Below, piece after piece: positions 54,231 to 64,000 of a stretch of 64,000 bases of DNA. Position numbers and translations under genes: made by a program. Source of the stretch: Octopus sinensis (lineage: Eukaryota). Where the stretch lies: contig NC_043003.1 of NCBI RefSeq assembly GCF_006345805.1, positions 113,584,001 through 113,648,000 of the forward strand, given 5' to 3'. Within the stretch, counting starts at the first letter, position 1. Each line of letters begins with the position of its first letter. The notes beneath the pieces were generated by a model, which ran no database searches, was not told the DNA's origin, and saw only the letters and a list, made by a program, of their open reading frames with translations.

Positions 54231-54349
54231 AAAGATTTGGCTGCTATTTCTTACACACCCTGCTATCACATAACAGGTATCTTGGATCCTTTATCACAAA
54301 TAATTGTTATGTGATAGCAGGGTGTGCTAGAAATAGCAGCCAAATCTTT
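54231..54349. repeat. Short fold-back: 45-bp inverted arms with a 29-nt loop (MITE-like)
   Basis: aaagatttggctgctatttct..cacaccctgctatcacataaca / tgttatgtgatagcagggtgtg..agaaatagcagccaaatcttt, 2 mismatches. Confidence 0.75.
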
Positions 54350-55150
54350 GGAGCTGAGATACATTAAATGCACTCGAAAAATCCTATGGAAAAAATTATT
54401 TCACGAGGTTACAAGCGAGTCTTTTACAAAATATTTACTGTATTTTTAAAGTCAATTTTACTTAGAAATATTTTTTCAATATGTCAAAAAACCTTTGTAA
54501 TGGTGTTCACTAGAAAATAATTTAAAAAAACATTAAAATATTGTCTGATTAAAGAAAGCTAAAATATAAATACTTACTGTACAAAAAGCATACATTTTTG
54601 AAATTACATTCACTTAAAAATATTTCTAAATTATTAAAATATTGTGTTTAACAAAAGCAAAAATAGAAACATGTACCGTAAAAAGCAAATTGTATTTTTT
54701 CATTGTCAAGTCACTGTGTCTAATCGAAAGGCAAGAGTTTCTTCCTTTTCAGGATTAAGTTATTTTCGGAATATTTTCCCATTATGCCCTGTTTTGGGTA
54801 ATTATACCACAAAAACCCCTAATATCTCAACAACCACCTGTTCAATTTATGTGAAATTTGTTTTATTCTGTTCGTATTCATATTTCAGGGGAGACTTAAT
54901 CCATAGTGTTTTCCTATTATGCACCAAGATTCAAACTCACTTTTAATGTATTATACACACACACACACACAAATATACATATATACATATATATGTACAT
55001 GTATATATATACACACGTGTACATGCATACATATACATATATACATACACACATATATACATGCACACACATATATACACACACACACACACAAATATAC
55101 ATATATACATATATATATATATAATATATATATATATATATGCATGTATG

Positions 55151-55212
<62 letters not shown>

Positions 55213-55263
55213 TGTATGTATGTATATATATGTATATATATATATATAATATATATATATATA

Positions 55264-56154
55264 TGAGGTGTAGTTAAAATGTATCCGATCATAATGTGTT
55301 TTATGCAGAAAATAATAATGTGTGAGCAAGATCCACATGGGTGGTATTAGGTGGCTGCATCCTTCATGAGCATGCATGAAAATATTTATGTCTGAAGGTT
55401 GTGCCATTCACCCGCAGTGATGTGTTGAGTACAGACGTGAAGAGTGTGCTGTACAATTTTTGTTTTTGAGTCAAGATGACTAAATGATTTCAGCAAAGAT
55501 ACTGTATCAAATTCTGCCAAAAACTTTGTGATATGCAAGGCCAGACTATTGAGAAGATTCAGAAGGCCTTTGGAGATGATGTTATGGGAAAAACACCAAT
55601 AAAAGAGTGCTACAACTGGTTCAAATATGGTCGCACCTCAGTGGATAGTGTGCTATAAATATACACCACAAGGTCAGACAATTAACAAAGAATACTACCT
55701 GGGGGTTCTTTGTCCTCTTCATGAGGCTGTGCAGTGAAAATAACCCAACATGTGGGCAGCAAGGGATTGGAAACTCCACCATGACAAGGCACTCACTTAT
55801 TCCACCCACATCGTCCAAGCATTCCTCATCAAGCAAAATACACACCACTTGCCTGTCAGGCTTTCTACTCCCCAGACTTGGCTCTGTGCGGCTTTTGGCT
55901 ATTCTCAAAGCTCAAAAATCACTCAAAGGGAGAAGATTTGAGTCAACAGACGATGTTAAGCAAAATTCAACGGCACAGCTCTACAACATCCCAAAAAGGA
56001 ATTTCCAGAAATGTTTCCAGAAGTGGTAGGAACACTGGCAGAAGTGTGTAGACTCCCAAGGCAAATACTTTGAAGGAGACTAAATCAAAATGCTGAGTTT
56101 TTTAATATTACTTGATTTTTGGCCAAAAGTCGGATACTTCTTGCCTACACCTTT
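55264..56154 (+). mobile_element. Internally deleted mariner element
   Basis: TIRs gaggtgtagttaaaatgtatccga / tcggatacttcttgcctacacct with TA flanks; QRYCIKFCQKL...WFKYGRTSVDS, WKLHHDKA and LKGRRFESTDDVK...FQKW...GKYFEGD. Confidence 0.85.
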
Positions 56155-56685
56155 TACATGCACACAAATGCAAAACATATGAACATACATGCAGATATGT
56201 ATATGCATATATACACACACACACAGATGCAAAATGTGAGAATTGCAGCCATAGACATTTTTATGTACATACATCAAGTTTATGTGTGTGTGTGAGAGAG
56301 ACTGAGAGAGAGAGAGATATGAAAGTAGCATAGTAGAAATATTTTCTTTGGTTCCAGTCTGCAAACTAATTTCTGTTTTGTACTTTGTTGTGTATCTGAA
56401 ATTAATGTTGTTAATGAGTAGATAAGAGTCACACAAGCTATTTAAGTAATAGAAAAACTCAAGAAATAACTTTGGATAAATAAATATTTATACTTAAATT
56501 TGCACACGTATCTTTTTCATTCTTTTACAATAATTATTCCATGCTTGGGAATTTCAGCAGAAGCAAATTGTTTTCACAGCTGGATGCCCTGGACTTGTTA
56601 AGCACTCAAAGTTAGATTGAAGAATGTGACTGGCATAAATCAGGCAAGTGCAACTATGTACCTTTTACAGGTGTTTCTTCTATTA

Positions 56686-57475
56686 TGAGGTGTTATCAAA
56701 AGGTTCCTCGACTAGTTAGGTTTAATAAAAGATTACTAATTTACCAATATTTTAACATCATCTTGTTTGAAAAAGTTACCGTGCACAGCAGTCCCAGCAT
56801 TCCTGTCACTTATGGAATCTGGCCTGGAAGTAGTTTTCCGTAAGTATGTTGAGGACTTTCAGCAATTCACTCGGGATCTCAACAACAATGTCCCACAGGT
56901 GCTAAATCTGGTAAACAGGGCAGGTGCAAATGTGATTCTATGTTGTTTTTGGTGAGAACCTCATGAGTGAGGAGAACTCAGTGAAGAATCCAATTCTTCA
57001 CACTCCACAGAACTGGTCCCTTGATGGTCTGTCCCTGGGGAACGGATTCTCTATGACCAATACCACATTTCCAGAGGTGACACTCACAGCAGCTCTTTCA
57101 GGTCACTCATCGTCTTCTAGAGATGTCCTTCCACTTTTGAAGTGCCCATGCCACTTGATACATTGCGTACGACCCATTGCTTTATAGCCATAAGCTTGCT
57201 GAAGTATGCTCGATGTCTCAGTTGTAGACTTCCCAGGTTCAACACAAAATTTCATGTTGGCACTTAGTTCCAGTCCATGACAAAATCACAGACTACCGCA
57301 TACACACGTGATCACAAGAAAGCAAATTACACAATTAGCAAAGTAAATACAGTTGATGTCACTTGGCATACTCCTTACTGAAAGTCACTGCCAGCTCTCA
57401 CTGTGCACACAACCATGCACTGCCATCTGTTGGCACACTACAGAACTAGTCCGGGGACTTTTTGATACCACCACA
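56686..57475 (-). mobile_element. Second internally deleted mariner element
   Basis: TA|tgaggtgttatcaaaaggttcctcgactag ... ctagtccggggactttttgataccaccaca|TA; minus strand encodes MKFCVEPGKSTTETSSILQQAYG...HFKSGRTSLEDDE. Confidence 0.8.
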
Positions 57476-58448
57476 TACTGTTTAGCTCCAGGTCAATTTG
57501 GACCGAGGGTATATCTGGACAACAACATTCCAATATGACCCCATCCTGCAATACTTCTAGTGTATCAAAGGACTACATTTATCTCTCTGACCATACAATA
57601 AGCTGTGACTTGCAAATGCTTTAGCTGTTATTTCTAGTAGGTCAAGTACCCACACAAAGTTTCCCTCATCAGCTCATTTTGCTCAAAAATTCTTCTGAAA
57701 GGCTGTAATAAAATATAAACGTCTGAACCATTGAACATTTCACAATCTCTTTGTTTCAACATCCATATTTTCCTACTTAAAACATTTCATATTCTTTTGA
57801 ACTCAGCCTGTCATAGCCCTTCCCACTGTCAGCACTTTTCCCCACACTTCGTGTCAGTATCACCTTGGCCACATCTACCTGCTTTGTAACAGCTGATAAC
57901 TTTAATCGCGTACATCTTAACTTTCGATTCTCTTATACTTTGCCATTTTTAACACACATCATTCAGGATTCCATGGATGCAATGCTTTACCTGTTTCAGC
58001 AATTACTTTTACACCTCACTGCAACAAGTTTCATAGTTAATCATTTAAAAGGGAAACAGCTATGAAGACTGATTTTTAATTTTTACTCAGCCCTATGGCA
58101 CCAAAGATCTAGTAAAGTTACGATCACAGGCAGACATTCCATCCATGACTATTGCACCATCCATTGAGTATATTAGTCAATGTGTTCTTGAATTTTCTGA
58201 GACAATTTTTGGTTGCTATTTTTAGCAGAATACACTAACTCATAGACTCTCTGCTCAAAACCTCTCTTTTGTTTACTCAGGCAATCTAGAACAATGTGCG
58301 TGTGTGTGTATATGTGTGTGTGTACGTGTGCATGTAAATGTCTGTCTGTCTGTGTGCTTGTTTGTATGCATGTAGTTATGTGCAAAACAAATTCTTCTCT
58401 AAGCAAATCAAGAAAATGAGATTTAAATCAATAAAATATGGTTCCTAC

Positions 58449-58574
58449 CTCGACTACCTCCCCCAGCAGTACTGTAACCACCACCACTGCCGCGAGACGT
58501 ATTAAAGGCACCGTCGATATATTGGGGACTTGCATCATTGGCAACTCGCTCTTTCTCTTCAAATACCAACATGG
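58449..58574 (-). CDS. TENM: Teneurin internal exon, probable juxtamembrane extracellular linker: (A)MLVFEEKERVANDASPQYIDGAFNTSRGSGGGYSTAGGGSR(G)
   Basis: Long polypyrimidine tract + CAG acceptor (ctctgtccttcttcctcctttcag|CC ATG) and donor G|gtagga. 126 nt, phase 1-1, joins in frame to the 46333-46592 exon. Assigned by phase and position rather than motif conservation. Confidence 0.7.
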
Positions 58575-58720
58575 CTGAAAGGAGGAAGAAGGACAGAGTG
58601 GAGAGTGAGGAGGACAATGGACATTGGAGCATCAGAGCATGAATGTGTTTGTAATGGAGTTAACATAAATATATGTAGCTGGTCATAAGAGATATCATAT
58701 CTAATATATTTTCATTATAG

Positions 58721-58820
58721 ATATGTAAGTGTATTTATAAATATGCAAGTGTATTTATAAATATGTAAGTGTATTTATAAATATGTAAGTGTATTTATAA
58801 ATATGTAAGTGTATTTATAT
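58721..58820. repeat. 20-bp minisatellite x5 (atatgtaagtgtatttataa)
   Basis: Five adjacent units with 2 substitutions. Confidence 0.95.
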
Positions 58821-59432
58821 AAATGTATGTACATTAAGGTGCCATATAGTAGAGGTAAATTCTCTGCAAGCCAAGTAAGCTGTGCAAGTTTCAATTCCCA
58901 ACAGAGGAAGATAATAAATATGATACCCGTTATCACCCACTTTCCTTCCTCAAAAGGGTGAAGCTCAATGCTGATTTGTTCTTGTCTGTTCTTTGGAATT
59001 TGTTTTGAAAACTGCTTACCTAAAATCTACCTGACTCATTTGCTGAGGACATGCTACATGAAGATGAAAGCTTTGTTCAGGTATTACACAATAAAACATG
59101 AAGGGGCACAAGACATTTTCATCCAGAATATATAGGTGTGTGTGTGTGTTTTATACATATATGTGAGAAGGGAGGTAAAGAAACAAGGAGAGTTTTCAAA
59201 AAAACTGTTGCCAAGGGTAACGGCTAGAAATTTTACATGAAACCATAATTCTGTAATTTTGTGGTAATTTTAGTTGACCAACCAAATCCTGCCACACAAC
59301 TCATAACATAATAAATAATTAATCTCTCAATCACCAAACTAAGCCAAACAGTGAATTAGTATTACTAAAGTTTATCAATGAAGCAGTCATTACATATGTT
59401 ACATATAATGATTTTCGTTCAGACACAGATAG

Positions 59433-59602
59433 GCACAGGAGTGGCTGTGTGGTAAGTAGCTTGCTAACCAACCACATGGTTCCGGGTTCAGTCCCACTGC
59501 GTGGCATCTTGGGCAAGTGTCTTCTGCTATAGCCCCGGGCTGACCAATGCCTTGTCAGTGCCTTGTAGACGGAAACTGAAAGAAGCCTGTCGTATATATG
59601 TG

Positions 59603-59635
<33 letters not shown>

Positions 59636-59820
59636 TTGTGTGTCTGTGTTTGTCCCCCTAGCATTGCTTGTGTTTACGTCACATGGCGGTTCGGCAAAAG
59701 AGACCGATAGAATAAGTACTGGGCTTACAAAGAATAAGTCCCGGGGTCGATTTGATCGACTAAAGGCGGTGCTCCAGCATGGCTACAGTCAAATGACTGA
59801 AACAAGTAAAAGAGAGAGAG
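59433..59820 (+). mobile_element. SINE family A copy
   Basis: Complete head-to-tail match to the family pattern. Confidence 0.85.
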
Positions 59821-60784
59821 AGAGAGATATTGAGGATAAAGATTACAATTAACTGAACTGGGTCCTTTACACAACTTGTATTCATGAATTAAAGGGACAC
59901 AAAACTAACACCTGACATTGCTGATTCAAATCCTAAAAACCATAAATCCATGCATCCAGTTTCCATGGTATATAAATAACCAAGATCCCAATATTGCTTT
60001 TCAACAGGACACAGGACCCTCATCACAGGGTGGCCCATTTATAGCTGAATGGACTGGGGCAATGTGAAGTGAAGTGCTTTGATCAAGAACACAACGCACC
60101 TCCCAGTCCAAGAACTGAAACCACAATCTTACAGTCACAAGTGCAAAATTCTAAGCACAAGGCCACACATCTTCACTGAATTCCTAGATATCCTTAATTA
60201 CTCATTATCAATCTCTACAGATTCAATCATATAATTGACAATCAGCTACAACTTTAGAATATTTCTGATATTCATTTTATCCACACTGTTAGGGGTAGCA
60301 GCAGCTCAGAACCCTCATGCTTTAAACTTGGAGCAGTGAGGGCACCAACCTTTCCTAATGCATTTGGTTAGGTTGTCTGGTTTCCTAATACTTTCTTTCT
60401 TTCAAAAAACAATTACTTATAGACAAAGCAGGTGAACTGTGTCCAATAACAGTAGGTAGAAATTGAGCATTGAAGATGAAAGCATTCCTGCCAAGTTGGA
60501 CAAACATTGCTTCTTTGACCTGTTTTTCTTTTTCTCCTCAAAGAGCAGCTTGTATAAATATGCTACCTCAAAGGACAAATATCTCCACAGTGAATTTGGC
60601 CAGCAAAGAATCTGCTGCTATCCATATCAAGGGGATTGATAGAATACGGTATCAGAGTCTAGCAGAGTCAATGATATCGACTACAAAACTGCTGACTGAG
60701 CGCCTAAATCAGAAGCTATTATCATTATTATTATTATTAAATTTTGTGAGCTGGCAGAATTGTTAGTGTCAGAAAACGCCTTGT

Positions 60785-60862
<78 letters not shown>

Positions 60863-62092
60863 GTCTACTGCATATGGTTCCCTTCCTCCTTGTCTCCCCT
60901 CTCATCATTTTCTGTCACATGTGACTCTCCCATGATTAAATTTGTGTAACAAAGATAAGGACAAAAGATTATTAATAAGTTTCATCAGGCATACAGAAAT
61001 TTAAGTAACGATGACAATGATGATGATGATAATGATGATGATGACGATGATAAGGATGATGACAACGATAATGACGATGAGGACGATGACAATAATGATG
61101 ATGATGATGACTACGATGATGATGATGGTGGTGGTTGTGGTGGTCCCAATAATCATGGTCATAATGTGAAACCATAGAAAAGTTAAGTACAAACTTCAAA
61201 ATTAGGGAAATAAACAAAAAAAAATTTTTTTTTAATCCTGCAGTACCACCATCGAAAAAGAGAGGAAAGAAAATAGATAACCAAAGATCAACTATAATAC
61301 TTCATAAATTTGCTAAGAACGTCTGTGTGGATGGACAAACACTTCTTGAAGGGTAAATAAAAATGGTAACATATGTTGCTGGGCCCTGAAAATCAAAACT
61401 TTATATTAATGTACTTTAGACTCATGCACTTATATTAGTAGATTGATAACATCTTCCGATGAACTGCTGAGGGAGGCCTTCAAAGCATTCAGTCAGTTGA
61501 CCACAGCAGCTGGAATCAGGGTTAAATCCAAATAAGGTTATGAGAGTTCTAGAAATTGCAAAGTGTCTCTCAGACACAGAACTCCATCAATTTGGTGAGA
61601 CAGCCAATGAGACTGACTGGCTGATTATTTGGCAAGTTATAGGCTGTCACCTGTTCTTAAATAGAAGAATAACTGACAATTTTTCATAACAGAAGTTAAC
61701 ATAGTTATTAAGGTAAGACTGGAAGGAACGAAAGCTGATGCAGTAAAAAAAAGGTGGCCACATTTGAGAAACAGATAGTAACATCAAGACTAAAGGGAAT
61801 CTGCATAGGCACTTGAGGTGGTTTTGCAACATTATACGAGTTAAATTCCACAGATGTTATGCCAGTACTGGCAAAGATGAAGCACTTGGATTTTCAACTG
61901 TAAAAAGGCCAGCATATAGCATTTTGACAATAAGCTTGATGCACTCATTGGAATCATTGGTTGTCTGGACAGTGTAGAGATTGTGCAGGGAGCTGGCCGC
62001 AGAGTGAATCCTCTGTTTCAAATGCACATATTTCCTGAAACTAACAGTAAAGCTAAAAGATATTAGATACGTGATATTAGATATGAGATATG

Positions 62093-62327
62093 GCAGCAAG
62101 CTGGCAGAATCGTTAGCACGCGGGGCGAAATGCGTAGGCGTATTTCGTCTGCCGTTACATTCTGAGTTCAAATTCCGCCGAGGTCAACTTTGCCTTTCAT
62201 CCTTTCGGGGTCGATAAATTAAGTAGCAGTTACGCATTGGGGTCGATCTAATCGACTTAATCTGTTTGTCTGTCCTTGTTTGTCCTCTCTCTGTTTAGCC
62301 CCCTGTGGGTAGTACAGAAATAGGTAT
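62093..62327 (+). mobile_element. SINE family D copy
   Basis: Close match to 35148-35378. Confidence 0.75.
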
Positions 62328-62449
62328 TAGATACGTGATGGCTGCAGAAAGAGAAACTGTGGTTTTGGATTCTCTAAAAATAAACCCTTTGTTCAGTTTA
62401 TAAATGCAGTGTTAGCTGCATCTTTTCCAATATAAATTCTGACTTCTCA

Positions 62450-62890
62450 TCTCCTACTTCATATGGTCATCTGTTGTGCCTTCTTTTATCCTTTCTCCTA
62501 TGTGTTCATCTTCAGCATCTTATTTTCGGTGGGGTGGGTGGAGGTGCAAGGCAGCAGACTATTGCAGTTTCCCAAATTGCTTGTTAGGATCGAATTAAGG
62601 ATGTGCTGAGGGATAGCATTGATATCTTCACAATCATAAGCTTAAGGCCACCCTGGGCACTCAGTACAATAAGAGTCGCAGCCAGCTCTGTTACGGTCAA
62701 CGTGTGTACAGTTCAGTGGTGGCAGCAGTTTCTCTTTCTGTCCAAACAGATTGACTGTGACCATAGCAGCATCGGAGTTTCCTAAACGTTTCTCGGTATT
62801 GTCACTGATAACAGATTCAGGAGCACTGGCAAATAGCAGATCCAGCGTGTTATTTACGCATTGTTGGGAGTTCAAATCCATCCATTAGTC
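62450..62890 (-). pseudogene. Degenerate CR1-like LINE fragment (end of endonuclease domain)
   Basis: NTLDLLFAS...LGNSD followed by NRA..D...AYDCEDIN. Confidence 0.45.
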
Positions 62891-63019
62891 ATTTTTGGCC
62901 AGTGATAGGTTTCAGGATCAGACTATAAGTAAATGAAATCGCCAACATTGATATAAGGGGTTTCAAAGATGCAGTTCTGGAGATATCAAAAAAGAGCAGT
63001 GTGTGTGTGTGTGTTGATA

Positions 63020-63420
63020 GTCATTTGAGGAACAGTAATCAACTCCAATTAGAAGTGTTGACATACTGGTGTGCGTAAGTTGTTGTTGCAACTGGTTCAA
63101 ATCATCCTGAAGAACTGCTGAAAAGATTGTGCAGACAATCACCCACCATACTGTTATACACACAGTGATCAAAGTGGTCTTTGTGAAATAAGTTGGAGCC
63201 AGCCATGCTAAAAACACTTTTGAAGAATAAAGAACAGGCCCTGGTAGGTTTTTGTGACTGTAAGGAAATCAAGGTTCATACTTTTTTATGCAAAATTCAA
63301 AAAGATGGACCTTGCTGTATGAACAGCAGGCATTTAAAATCTAAAAATGGATTCAAGCCAGTCACAATTCACAGGGGGACATCATATTGCTCTTCTTAGT
63401 TTCCTGGAGCTTTTTCATTG
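63020..63420 (+). pseudogene. Highly degenerate Tc1-like transposase fragment
   Basis: KTLLKNKEQALVGF and FKPVTIHRG weakly recall the Tc1 KPLL..H...RL.F and PTVKHGGG motifs. Confidence 0.35.
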
Positions 63421-63473
63421 CTGTCTATTTGTAGTTAAATATCCTCAGACCACTTAACATTTCTCTTCCATAT

Positions 63474-63536
<63 letters not shown>

Positions 63537-64000
63537 AGAGATCTGAAATTTAAAAATAAAGCATAAAAATATAAAACTAACAGTAACGCTAAAGATATTA
63601 GATACATGGTGGCTGCAGAAAGAGAAATTGTGGTTTTAGATTATCTAGAAATAAGCCCTTTGTTCAGTTTATATATTTTCTAATTTGAAAAACAAATCAT
63701 CTTTTATGCACTGTAAGATACGGCCCATATTAGAAGGAAGTAACTTACTGACTCCAAAACGATAACTGAATTACTGAGAGAACAATTCCAAAGAATTTCA
63801 TTTCCTCACTAGAACATATGGAAATAAATAAGCTAGATGAGTTCTTGGTCAGAATTTCATCTGAGAAAGATGGAATATTAACCATAGAATAGATGAGATA
63901 CAATTCAGAAGGTTATGGCTGTGTGGTTAGGGAGCTTGCTTCCTAGCTACATGGTTTCGGGTTCAGTCCTACTGCCTGGCACTTTTGGGCAGGTGTCTTC

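Larger units (their letters stand above)
52390..55262. repeat. Large compound (TA)n/(TACA)n microsatellite zone
   Basis: Source of the IYIY/YMYV pseudo-ORFs; interrupted by a LINE tail, a family E copy and about 0.7 kb of ordinary sequence. Confidence 0.9.

Noticed and set aside
57640-57690. Minus-strand CTGATGA-GG-GAAAC...GTA
   Set aside because: No room for stem II and no stem I; treated as a chance match.
58721-58820. Regular short direct repeats as a CRISPR-like array
   Set aside because: Units are contiguous with no spacers, and the context is a eukaryotic intron.
58575-64000. Search for the transmembrane exon upstream
   Set aside because: The 62963-63217 ORF overlaps a Tc1-like relic on the other strand and lacks splice signals; the TM exon probably lies beyond the window.

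Overview
AT-rich, microsatellite- and SINE-dense eukaryotic DNA. The repeat types look like Octopus/coleoid cephalopod to me (recognition only, no database search). The window lies inside one large minus-strand gene, a teneurin (TENM/Ten-m-like). Six GT-AG exons with compatible phases (58449-58574, 46333-46592, 42549-42669, 36420-36524, 17677-17871, 6502-6714; 1020 nt) splice into one open frame. It covers the juxtamembrane linker, the pre-EGF beta-sandwich region and EGF repeats 1-5, including the diagnostic 5-Cys EGF2 and EGF5. The TM exon and EGF6 onward were not found and probably lie outside the window. The introns hold tRNA-derived SINEs, RTE and CR1-like LINE fragments, Tc1/mariner relics (one DD41D), piggyBac- and hAT-type MITEs and a Helitron helicase relic. 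The most striking unexplained structure is a set of three mutually unrelated fold-back (palindromic) insertions within about 7.6 kb (38.0-45.6 kb). Each arm carries a type I minimal hammerhead-ribozyme-like motif with a self-complementary stem III, as described for Penelope-like retroelements. One has an intact core, one is decayed, and one reads G3/C8 instead of C3/G8. All alignments, counts and folds were done by eye.
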